From: Myxococcales bacterium
GTDB lineage: Bacteria; Desulfobacterota; Binatia; HRBIN30
DNA: 64,000 nt
Direction of reading: 5' to 3'
Assembly: GCA_037445065.1 (NCBI GenBank)
Contig: JBBILD010000002.1
Coordinates: forward strand, 96,001 to 160,000
This document shows, piece by piece, positions 10,384 through 19,069 of the stretch. A model generated the notes under the pieces. It saw only the letters and a list, made by a program, of their open reading frames with translations. It searched no databases and had not been told where the DNA came from. The stretch's first letter is position 1. Every line of letters starts with the position of its first letter. Both the position numbers and the translations under genes were made by a program.

Positions 10384-10935
10384 ATGAGGGAACTCCAAGT
10401 TGGCCGAGCGCGGATCGAACTCGTGCAGGGTGACATCACGCAGCAAGACACCGAGGCGATTGTCAATGCCGCCAACCGGGCTTTAGCGGGGGGAGGCGGA
10501 GTAGACGGTGCGATCCATCGGGCTGGCGGGCCGGAAATCCTTGCTGAGTGCCGGAAACTGGGTGGTTGCGAGACCGGCGATGCAAAGATTACCACCGGCG
10601 GCCGGTTAAAGGCCCGTTACGTGATCCACGCGGTCGGGCCCGTCTACCGCGATGGAAAGCACGGTGAGCCGGAGCTGCTGGCAAGCGCGTACCGCCGTGC
10701 AATGGAGGTGGCGGCCGAGCACGGCGTGAAGACCTTAGCGTTCCCCTCGATCAGCACAGGCGCCTACGGCTACCCAATCGAGGAAGCTGCCCCGATCGCC
10801 GTGCGAACCGTGTGTCACACGCTCGAACGGCTCCCGGCAATCCAGCTTGTACGTCTCGTGCTGTTCCAGCCAAAGGACCTCCACGTTTACGAACGAGCTC
10901 TTGCGCAGGTGGCTCGCGAGCGAGCAGACAAGTAG
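10384..10935 (+). CDS. Macrodomain protein, O-acetyl-ADP-ribose deacetylase (YmdB/MacroD type)
   Basis: GDIT, AIVNAAN..L.GGGGVDGAIH, IHAVGP, FPSISTGAYGYP; GGAGGG SD before ATG 10384. Confidence 0.95.
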   Translation: MRELQVGRARIELVQGDITQQDTEAIVNAANRALAGGGGVDGAIHRAGGPEILAECRKLGGCETGDAKITTGGRLKARYVIHAVGPVYRDGKHGEPELLASAYRRAMEVAAEHGVKTLAFPSISTGAYGYPIEEAAPIAVRTVCHTLERLPAIQLVRLVLFQPKDLHVYERALAQVARERADK

Positions 10936-10938
10936 CCC

Positions 10939-12492
10939 ATGGTGCAACTTTCAGCCGACCAAATCGCTCTGCTCTACGAGCTCAGCCACAATTTTTATTC
11001 GTGCGCTTGTGTAGACACGGCCGAGCTGGTGTCGCGGGTCGTGCGGGAAACCAAACGCGTGCTCGACGCCGAGGGCTGCTCGGTGTTGTTACTGGACCCT
11101 GCGACCGACGAGTTGTTTTTCCCTTACGTGAGTCCGGAACAAGAAGCGGTCGCTGTGACCCTGCGGGGGCTGCGCATGCCGCGCTCACAAGGGATTGCAG
11201 GAGCCGTACTGGAAAGTGGCGAACCGCGTCTGGTGGAGGACACGGCGCAGGAGCCCAGCTTCTACCCGGGCATCGACGCGTCCATCGGCGGGCATACGAG
11301 GTCTGTGATGTGCGCGCCCTTGCGTACCCGACAGGGAGTGGTTGGGGTCATTGAAGTGATCAACAAGCGGAGCGGGAAATTTTCCCGCACCGATCTTGCG
11401 TTCCTGGAGGCCATTGCGGGGAACGTTGCGGTAGCTTTGGAGAACGCACGCCTGTTGGAGGCCGCACGAGAGGCAGAACGTCAACTGCGCGATCGGGTTG
11501 CCACGTTGGAGCGTGAGCGGCCGCGGACCAGCCGGTTTGCAGAACTCGTGGCTTCGAGTCCGCGGATGGAGCAGGTGCTGCACTTACTCGGGGCCGCGAT
11601 CGCCTCACCGGTGACGGTGCTCCTACTGGGCGAAACCGGAACCGGGAAGGAGGTGCTGGCACGCACCATTCATTTTCACGGGCCGCGCCGCGACCGTCCG
11701 TTTTTGGCCGTGAACTGTGCTGCCCTGAATGAGTCCCTGCTCGAGAGCGAGCTCTTCGGTTACCGCAAGGGTGCCTTTACCGGAGCGCATGCGGACCGCC
11801 GCGGTCTGTTCGAAGCCGCCGATGGCGGAACTCTCTTCCTCGATGAAGTTGGGGACATGCCGCTTGCTCTCCAGGTGAAATTGTTGCGCGTCTTGGAAAC
11901 GGGCGAGGTGCTCCCGGTAGGTGGCAGCGAGACACGGCGCGTTGATGTCAGGCTCATCTCGGCTACGCACAAAGACCTCGAAGCGGAAGTGCAAGCCGGC
12001 CGCTTTCGCAGCGACCTCTACTACCGCCTCGCGGTGTTCCCGATCGTCGTGCCCCCGCTGCGCGAGCGCATGGAAGACCTGCCAGCGCTCGCGCACTTCT
12101 TGTTGCAGCGTATCGCCAAGCGTTGGCAACGGAACGTGCCGACCCTCACCCGGGAAGCGCTCGAGCTACTGCACAGTTACGAATGGCCTGGCAATATCCG
12201 CGAACTCGAACACGAACTGGAGCGCGCGTGCGCCCTGGCTGCCGAGGGCGAAACGCTTGCCCCCGCGCACTTCTCGGAGCGCCTCCACCAGCAAGGGCAG
12301 GCCGAGCCTCTCCAGGACCTACGCCGTGCTCGGCGCGCATTCGAACGCCGCTACATCAAGCGAGTGTTGGCTGCACACAGCGGAAACGTCTCTGCCGCCG
12401 CACGGACACTCGGCCTCAGCCGGGTGATGCTCCAGCGCAAAATGAAGACCTTTGGTCTGCGCGGGAACGGTGGGGCTGCAGCTAATCGCTGA
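10939..12492 (+). CDS. Sigma54-dependent transcriptional activator (GAF-AAA+-Fis HTH)
   Basis: N-terminal GAF; GETGTGKE, ESELFG, GAFTGA, LFLDEVG, WPGNIREL; C-terminal HTH GNVSAAARTLGLSR. Confidence 0.95.
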   Translation: MVQLSADQIALLYELSHNFYSCACVDTAELVSRVVRETKRVLDAEGCSVLLLDPATDELFFPYVSPEQEAVAVTLRGLRMPRSQGIAGAVLESGEPRLVEDTAQEPSFYPGIDASIGGHTRSVMCAPLRTRQGVVGVIEVINKRSGKFSRTDLAFLEAIAGNVAVALENARLLEAAREAERQLRDRVATLERERPRTSRFAELVASSPRMEQVLHLLGAAIASPVTVLLLGETGTGKEVLARTIHFHGPRRDRPFLAVNCAALNESLLESELFGYRKGAFTGAHADRRGLFEAADGGTLFLDEVGDMPLALQVKLLRVLETGEVLPVGGSETRRVDVRLISATHKDLEAEVQAGRFRSDLYYRLAVFPIVVPPLRERMEDLPALAHFLLQRIAKRWQRNVPTLTREALELLHSYEWPGNIRELEHELERACALAAEGETLAPAHFSERLHQQGQAEPLQDLRRARRAFERRYIKRVLAAHSGNVSAAARTLGLSRVMLQRKMKTFGLRGNGGAAANR

Positions 12493-12710
12493 ACGGGTGT
12501 TCGGAGCTGCCAACTTTTTCGTTTGCCTGCTTCATTGTGTTAGCACCAGGCGCTGAGCGGGAGTTTGGGCCGCAAAAGGAGGCGCTGAGGCCGCGGTCGC
12601 GCGCAGCAGCCCTCCATGAAAACGGATGAGCCGCTTCAAAAAGTCCGCACTAGCGGAGCCCCTTTGGGCGAACCACGAGCCAAGCGGTGGCTGCCCCCGG
12701 CTTTCTCGGC

Positions 12711-12727
12711 TTGGCACGGGCTGTGCG
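12711..12727 (+). promoter_or_regulatory. Sigma54 (-24/-12) promoter
   Basis: TTGGCACGGGCTGTGCG: GG at 12713-14 and GC at 12725-26 with exact 10-nt spacing; one mismatch to TGGCAC-N5-TTGC; followed by SD and ORF. Confidence 0.7.
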
Positions 12728-12755
12728 AAGGCTCTCGGCCCGGAGGTACACGGCC

Positions 12756-12917
12756 ATGATGATCGAAGGAATCGACATGACCCAGCAGTTGATCCCAGTG
12801 ATGTGGTTCTGGGTGGGCTTGCTCGTCGTTGGTGCCCTGGCGTGGCTTCGTGCGGCGAGGCCACGGCCAGTGCTAGAGCGGCCATTGCGTCCGTGCCCGG
12901 TGAGGTGCGGTGCGTAA
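12756..12917 (+). CDS. Small (53 aa) single-pass membrane protein, hypothetical
   Basis: GGAGGT SD at 12742-47; MMIEGIDMTQQLIPVMWFWVGLLVVGALAWLRAARPRPVLERPLRPCPVRCGA has one TM and a basic tail; alternative ATG at 12777. Confidence 0.65.
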   Translation: MMIEGIDMTQQLIPVMWFWVGLLVVGALAWLRAARPRPVLERPLRPCPVRCGA

Positions 12918-12990
12918 AGGGTTTTCTGCCTTGACTCCGCCTTTGGCGGAAAGACAAACTCGCGCGAATCCAATTTGAGGAGGGAAGGCG

Positions 12991-14379
12991 ATGAGTTCTG
13001 GTACACGAGACCCGTTTCTGACGGGAAACTTTGCCCCCTGGCCGAGCGAGGGGGAGCATTTTGGCTTACCGATTACCGGCGCAATCCCGCCAGATTTGCA
13101 GGGTGCGTTTTACCGTAACGGACCGAATCCAGCGTTTCCTCCTCTTGGTCGGTACCACTGGTTCGACGGGGATGGCATGGTGCACGCGATCTCTCTCCGC
13201 GATGGCCAGGCATCGTACCGCAATCGGTGGGTCGTAAGTCGGGGTTTGGAGGAAGAAAGGCGTGCCGGACGGGCGCTGTACTACGGGTTATTGGAGCTCG
13301 CAAAGGCCGAGGGGAAATTCAAGAACGCCGCGAACACCAACGTGATTTTTCACAGCGGTCGGCTTCTGGCGCTGTACGAAGCCTCGTTACCGACCGAACT
13401 CGACCCGCAATCGCTCGCGACTGTGGGCGAGTATGATTTCGCAGGCCGCTTGACCGGGCCGATGACGGCACACCCAAAAATCGAACCCAATACAGGCGAA
13501 CTGTGGTTTTTTGGCTATCAACCGATTCCGCCTTTTCTCACATTGCACCGCGTTAACGCTCGAGGCGAGTTGCTAGAATCGAGGCCAATTGATGCGGAGT
13601 GGCCTTCGATGGTGCACGACTTTGCACTGACCGAGCACTACGCGGTGTTCTTTGTGTTCCCGATCGTCTTCCGCCTCGAGAACCTGGGGACGAACAAGCC
13701 TCTCTTCGTTTGGGAAGAAGAGCGCGGCTCGCGCGTGGGCGTGGTGCCGTTGGACGGCACGGCGCAAGAGGTGCGGTGGTTCGAAGCACCCAGTGGGTAC
13801 GTGTTCCACTTCATGAACGCATTCGAGGAAGGAGAGCGCATCGTTGTGGACGCTGCGCGCTACCCACGCCTTTTATTCATGAATCCGCCCGAGCTAGGAG
13901 GCCATGACTTCGAGCGAGACCAGCCGAGTTTATACCGATTCGAGATTGACCTGGCTGGGGGGATCACTGTGCAGCGGGAGGTAGACGACCGTTTCTGCGA
14001 GTTTCCACGCATCCGCGAAGACCGGCTGGGGAGACCGTACCGATACGGTTACAGTGTCACCCGAACCGTCTCGCAGAGCGCGAACGGGGTTCCGGAGTTC
14101 GATGCAATTGCTCGGTACGACTGGCGGAGGGGTCGCACCCAGGTTCGCTCGTTTGGGAAGCAGGCAGGCGTGGGGGAGCCGGTCTTTGTTCCTCGTGTCG
14201 GAGCTGAGGAAGAGGACGACGGGTACGTGTTGGTCTTGGTCTATGACCGAGTCCGAGACACGAGCGATTTTTACGTCCTCTCGGCACAGGAGATCAACGA
14301 GGATCCGGTCGCTGTGGTCCATTTGCCGCACCGCATCCCTTACGGCTTTCACGGCAATTGGGTGCCCATCTCCGCTTGA
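12991..14379 (+). CDS. Carotenoid oxygenase family dioxygenase (CCO/lignostilbene dioxygenase-like)
   Basis: RNGPNP, HWFDGDGM, four Fe ligands in TAHPK, MVHDF, FHFMNAF, GFHGNW; EFPR; EDDG; GAGGAGG SD. Confidence 0.93.
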   Translation: MSSGTRDPFLTGNFAPWPSEGEHFGLPITGAIPPDLQGAFYRNGPNPAFPPLGRYHWFDGDGMVHAISLRDGQASYRNRWVVSRGLEEERRAGRALYYGLLELAKAEGKFKNAANTNVIFHSGRLLALYEASLPTELDPQSLATVGEYDFAGRLTGPMTAHPKIEPNTGELWFFGYQPIPPFLTLHRVNARGELLESRPIDAEWPSMVHDFALTEHYAVFFVFPIVFRLENLGTNKPLFVWEEERGSRVGVVPLDGTAQEVRWFEAPSGYVFHFMNAFEEGERIVVDAARYPRLLFMNPPELGGHDFERDQPSLYRFEIDLAGGITVQREVDDRFCEFPRIREDRLGRPYRYGYSVTRTVSQSANGVPEFDAIARYDWRRGRTQVRSFGKQAGVGEPVFVPRVGAEEEDDGYVLVLVYDRVRDTSDFYVLSAQEINEDPVAVVHLPHRIPYGFHGNWVPISA

Positions 14380-14521
14380 GCTGCCGCGGGCTCGCCCGCG
14401 TCGGGAATAGAGGTCAAAACGCGCCATCGGTGACGCGCCCCTGGCGCGGTGATTGCGTGGAGCGGCAGACCACGCAGCGATTTCTTGTCGCAGTGCTCTC
14501 CACCCGCTAGATGCCGCGGCC

Positions 14522-16459
14522 GTGCTGACGGTTCGAGAGCTTACGAAACGCTTTGGCGCTCAGGTGGTGCTCGACCGGGTGCAATGGTCGGTGGCGCCCG
14601 GGTCGCGTGTAGCGTTAGTGGGGGCGAACGGGTCGGGAAAAACCACGTTCCTTCGTATTCTGGCCGGGGAAGTGGAACCGGATTCGGGAAGCATCCATTT
14701 GCCGCGTGGGGCACGGGTAGGGTACTTGGCGCAGGAGGTCTTCGGGTTCGGACCGGTATCCGTACTGGAAGAGGCGCTCACAGCCTTTGCCGAGATCCGC
14801 CGGCTCGAAGGGCGGGCACGAGAACTGGAGGAAGCACTTGCCGCAGAAGACCCCACAGCGCCCCACTATGCGGAAATCCTGGAAGAGTACAGCACGGTGC
14901 GCGAATTGTGGGATGCGCTCGGTAGTTACGACTGCGAGGCGCGCGCGCGCGAAGTCCTGGCTGGCCTTGGCTTCCGGCGACAAGACTTGGACAAGCCGTG
15001 CGACCAATTTTCCGGTGGTTGGCAGATGCGCATTGCGCTGGCCAAGCTGTTGTTACGTCAGCCGCACCTGTTGCTGCTGGATGAGCCCACCAACCACCTC
15101 GATCTCGAGGCCCGCAACTGGCTCGAAGACTTCCTTCGTTCGTACCCACACACGGTCATCCTGGTGGCACATGACCGTTACTTCATGGACCAGTGCTGCA
15201 CCACGTTGGCCGAGTTGAGCCGCGGGCGGCTCACGGAATTTCACTGCAACTACTCGCGTTACTTAGAGGAGCGGGAGGCGCGCCTAGTGGAGCAGGAAAA
15301 GGCCTACCGAGAGCAACAGGAGGAAATCGAGCGCATCCAGGCGTTCATCAACCGTTTCCGATATCAAGCCTCGAAGGCCGCGCTGGTGCAGAGCCGGATC
15401 AAGCAACTCGAAAAAATGGAGCGGATTGAGCCGCCGGAAGGGATACGGACGCTGCGGTTCCGCTTTCCCCAACCAGAGCGCAGCGGCCGGGTCGTACTCG
15501 AGTTGCGCGGCATTCATAAGCGCTACGGCGACACGGTGGTCTATGCGGGCGCGGATCTCGTCATTGAGCGAGGGAAAAAAGTCGCGTTGGTGGGCCCGAA
15601 CGGTGCGGGAAAGTCAACGCTCATGCGCATTCTTGCGGGCGTGGAAGATCCCGATCGGGGCGAACGTAAAGTAGGTCACAACGTGCGGCTCAGTTACTTT
15701 GCGCAGGACCGCGGCGCCTCTTTGGACGAGGAAAAAACGGTGCTCGATCTTGTGATGGCGGCCGCGCCCGTAGACTTGGTTCCTCAGGTGCGAACCCTTC
15801 TCGGAGCGTTTTTGTTCAGTGGGGACGCGGTGTACAAGAAAGCGAAGGTTCTGAGCGGTGGAGAACGGAGCCGCCTGGCACTAGCGATGCTGTTGCTTCG
15901 TCCTGCGAACTGCTTGCTCCTCGACGAGCCTACCAACCACCTGGATTTGTCAGCTAAGGAAGTCTTGCTCGACGCTCTGCGCGAGTACTCCGGTACGCTG
16001 ATCTTTGTTGCTCATGACCGGTACTTCCTCGACCAACTAGCCGACGAGGTGATCGAGGTCGGCGGCGGACGAGTGACTCGCTACTTGGGCAATTACGAAA
16101 GCTACCTAGAACAGAAGGCCCGCGCGCTACCCTGGGAGCCCGAACCTGCCCTAGCGAAAGCGGTGGATTCCGCCCAGCCCCGGGGCGGAGTTGCTCCCGC
16201 GCGCCGCTCGACGCCCCGCCGCCGGGAGCGTGAGCAGGAGCGTTGGGCGCGCGAGATCGAGGCGCTGGAGGCAGAGATTCTCGCAAAAGAAGCCGCGCTA
16301 GAAGAGTTGCGAGTCGTGATCAGTGCACCGGATTTTTATCACAGCCACCCGCAGCCGCACGCTTTGTACAGCGACTTTGCGCGCCGGCAGCGCGAGTTGG
16401 AAGAACTTTACGCTCGATGGGAGAAGCTCGGACAACGCAGCGTTGAGTTCTCCTCGTGA
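14522..16459 (+). CDS. ABC-F family ATP-binding protein
   Basis: Two ABC domains (GANGSGKT, FSGGWQMR, LDEPTNHLD; GPNGAGKS, LSGGE), inter-domain linker, C-terminal coiled coil, no TM segments. Start uncertain. Confidence 0.93.
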   Translation: MLTVRELTKRFGAQVVLDRVQWSVAPGSRVALVGANGSGKTTFLRILAGEVEPDSGSIHLPRGARVGYLAQEVFGFGPVSVLEEALTAFAEIRRLEGRARELEEALAAEDPTAPHYAEILEEYSTVRELWDALGSYDCEARAREVLAGLGFRRQDLDKPCDQFSGGWQMRIALAKLLLRQPHLLLLDEPTNHLDLEARNWLEDFLRSYPHTVILVAHDRYFMDQCCTTLAELSRGRLTEFHCNYSRYLEEREARLVEQEKAYREQQEEIERIQAFINRFRYQASKAALVQSRIKQLEKMERIEPPEGIRTLRFRFPQPERSGRVVLELRGIHKRYGDTVVYAGADLVIERGKKVALVGPNGAGKSTLMRILAGVEDPDRGERKVGHNVRLSYFAQDRGASLDEEKTVLDLVMAAAPVDLVPQVRTLLGAFLFSGDAVYKKAKVLSGGERSRLALAMLLLRPANCLLLDEPTNHLDLSAKEVLLDALREYSGTLIFVAHDRYFLDQLADEVIEVGGGRVTRYLGNYESYLEQKARALPWEPEPALAKAVDSAQPRGGVAPARRSTPRRREREQERWAREIEALEAEILAKEAALEELRVVISAPDFYHSHPQPHALYSDFARRQRELEELYARWEKLGQRSVEFSS

Positions 16460-16593
16460 CCTTTAGCGGAGGGCTGCCTTGCCCAATCTGCCGCCTGTTT
16501 CGCCGGGAGGGGGCGATGTACGCAGTCCGCTTCTTCTGCTGTTTTTCTTTCGGGGCCCTTCTTTCCCGAGCGTCCGTGTACTAACGGGGCACG

Positions 16594-18969
16594 ATGGACT
16601 CGCTTGCCTCGATCCTCCACCGCATCCCGCTTTTTTCCGGGCTCCCGCGCGGAAGCCTGGCAAGGGTAATCGCGGACTTGCGGGAAGAGCGGTATCCAGC
16701 AGGCGCCGTGATTTGTTACGAGGGTGACCCGGCCACTCACCTGTACGTGATCCAGCGAGGTTCGGTGGTTGTGCTGGTGAACCTGCCGGGCGGAAGACGC
16801 GAGCCAGTGGCGCGTGCCGGGGCAGGGGAATGGTTCGGGGAGCGCGCCCTATTCTCCTCTCGGGCGCGGTCGGCGACCGTCGTGGCCTCGGAGGATACGG
16901 AACTCTGGAGCCTCAGTAAGGAGAAGTTCGACACCTTGCTCGAAGAGAACCCCGGCCTGATTTGGCATTTTACGGAGGTGTTGAGCGATCGGCTCTACGC
17001 CGCCAACCAAGAACTTTCGCGCTGGCAGGCGGCGGCGCTCGGCCAACTCGAACGAGCGTGGTCCGGACAGACCCCGACCATACAGCAGTTTTTACTCGAG
17101 ATAAGTACGTTGCCCGTCTTAGACCCCGCCGTGGTCGCCGTGTACTGTGGCGAAGAAGCGCTCGAGCGTGTGCGGATCGTCGAAGCGGACGGCCGCTTTA
17201 CCGTTCGCACCCCGGTCGGATTGCTGTTGTCGGAAACGGCTCAAGAGTTTCTTCTCTCTCAAGCGCGGCGTGCCTGGGGGAGGTCGGCCGTACAGCTCGG
17301 CTTCCGAAGGGCGGCGTTTCTGTACGAGTCTGCGGGCCGGTGGGGGAGTGCCATCCACTGCTTTTTGGCAGCGGGTGACGAGGGAGAGGCGGCCCGTTTG
17401 TGGCTCGAGTGGCGTGCCGTGGCCGGAGCACTCGCCGGTACCACGGTCTCCGACCTGGCCGTGCCGGAGGAACAGCGGCGGCGCCTCGATGCTGACTCAG
17501 GCAGCAAGGCTCAGAAAGAGCGGGAGCAGGCTGAAAGTCAGGAAGGCAAACTCCTTCGGCCCCTGGTGAGTGGGAGCAAGATCCTGCGCGGGAGTGTGGT
17601 TGGGGCCGCCTGTATCGGCACTCTCCTGCTGTGGGTGATGCAGCCGTTTCCAGGCCTGACGCCTGCGGCCATGCGCATGCTGGCGACGTTATTGCTGGCT
17701 GGGGCCTTTTGGTCGACCAACATGCTCCCCGACTATGTGGTCGGACTCGCGGCGATGACGTCGTGGGTTGTACTCGGAATTGTCCCACCGGGAGTGGCGG
17801 TTTCCGGCTTTACCAGCGACACGTTCTTTCTGATTGTAGGGGTCCTGGGCATCGGCGCTTCGCTGCAGTCATCTGGGTTGCTTTTCCGGATTGCACTTTA
17901 CGTACTGCGGGCCTTTCCATTGTCGCATCGAGGGCAGTGTTTTGGCTTGGCCGTGAGTGGAACGGTCATGGCTCCTGCGGTGCCCGACGTGACTTCGGGG
18001 GTGACCATGGCTGGTCCCGTAGTGCAGGCGGTGTCTGATTCCCTTGGTTACCCGCGGCGAAGCAACGCTTCCGCCGGCCTGGCTATGGCCGCGCTGTTGG
18101 GCTTCGGGCAAATGAGCCCGTTTTTTTTGACCGGCGCTGCGGAAAACCTTTTGGCATGGAGCGCTTTACCGGAGACGTTGCGGTGCGACGTCGGGTGGGC
18201 GGATTGGGCGATTGGTGCTCTCGTCCTGGCTGTGGTCACGTTTACCCTCGGCTTCATCAGCACGTTACGCTTCCTACCTTGTGAAACGGAGCCCACCAGC
18301 TCTCCCTCACTCGTTGCAACACAACTCGAAGCCTTAGGGCCCGTGAGCCGTGCCGAGTGGATCAATGCAGGTGTGCTTGCCGCTGCCGTGTTGGGCTGGA
18401 TCACAAGCCCGTACCACGGTGTGGGCGTGGGTTGGGTTTCAATGGGTCTGTTAGTGGTTTTGCTGGCCTCGGAGATTCTGGACCGCACGGGCTTCCGTGT
18501 CGGGATTTACTGGGACCTCCTGTTTTACCTTGGCGCGGTGCTGAGTTTGGCGTCGGTATGCCACCATCTCGCGCTCGATGAGTTCGTAGTCGCCAAAGCG
18601 TCCCCCATGCTTGCCCCCCTTGCTGCGTATCCCGCTGCATTCCTCGTTGTGGTCGCAGTCACCGTGTTTGCGACCCGTTTCATCCTGCCCAGTTTGCTTC
18701 TCGTGTCTGTCTTTAGCCTCACGCTTGTCCCGATCGCCGCGGCTGCGAGCATGCATCCGCTACCGGTGCTGTTGGTTGTGTGCATGAGCGTGGCCGTCTG
18801 GTTCCTGCCCTATCAAAGCCCGTATTACTTGGCGCTGTACTTCGGCGCGAAGGAGAGGGCCTTTCGGCACGAACAGGTCCGCCCGCTCGCGTGGATGTAC
18901 GCGGCGATTTTTCTGGTCGCCATCGGCTGCTCGATCCCTTATTGGTACGCGCTGGGTTGGATCCGGTAG
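16594..18969 (+). CDS. cNMP-binding domain fused to SLC13/DASS-family permease
   Basis: N-terminal IPLFSGL...EGD...FGERALF...RSATV cNMP fold; C-terminal multi-TM region with SGF, SGL..RIAL, P...G, FLTGAAEN, FLPYQSP hairpin motifs. Confidence 0.8.
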   Translation: MDSLASILHRIPLFSGLPRGSLARVIADLREERYPAGAVICYEGDPATHLYVIQRGSVVVLVNLPGGRREPVARAGAGEWFGERALFSSRARSATVVASEDTELWSLSKEKFDTLLEENPGLIWHFTEVLSDRLYAANQELSRWQAAALGQLERAWSGQTPTIQQFLLEISTLPVLDPAVVAVYCGEEALERVRIVEADGRFTVRTPVGLLLSETAQEFLLSQARRAWGRSAVQLGFRRAAFLYESAGRWGSAIHCFLAAGDEGEAARLWLEWRAVAGALAGTTVSDLAVPEEQRRRLDADSGSKAQKEREQAESQEGKLLRPLVSGSKILRGSVVGAACIGTLLLWVMQPFPGLTPAAMRMLATLLLAGAFWSTNMLPDYVVGLAAMTSWVVLGIVPPGVAVSGFTSDTFFLIVGVLGIGASLQSSGLLFRIALYVLRAFPLSHRGQCFGLAVSGTVMAPAVPDVTSGVTMAGPVVQAVSDSLGYPRRSNASAGLAMAALLGFGQMSPFFLTGAAENLLAWSALPETLRCDVGWADWAIGALVLAVVTFTLGFISTLRFLPCETEPTSSPSLVATQLEALGPVSRAEWINAGVLAAAVLGWITSPYHGVGVGWVSMGLLVVLLASEILDRTGFRVGIYWDLLFYLGAVLSLASVCHHLALDEFVVAKASPMLAPLAAYPAAFLVVVAVTVFATRFILPSLLLVSVFSLTLVPIAAAASMHPLPVLLVVCMSVAVWFLPYQSPYYLALYFGAKERAFRHEQVRPLAWMYAAIFLVAIGCSIPYWYALGWIR

Positions 18970-19069
18970 AGGCTGTCCGCCATCCTCCGGGAGTCCGTTT
19001 TTGTCTTGTCATAGGTACGGGTTCGGCGTAGCAACGTGGAAGGAGCGCCATTGCTCAGGGAGGGTACGC

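Noticed and set aside
10384..10935. Macrodomain as an anti-phage or toxin-antitoxin component (DarG, ThsA)
   Set aside because: The sequence is a typical stand-alone YmdB/MacroD type with no adjacent DarT, TIR or sirtuin gene.
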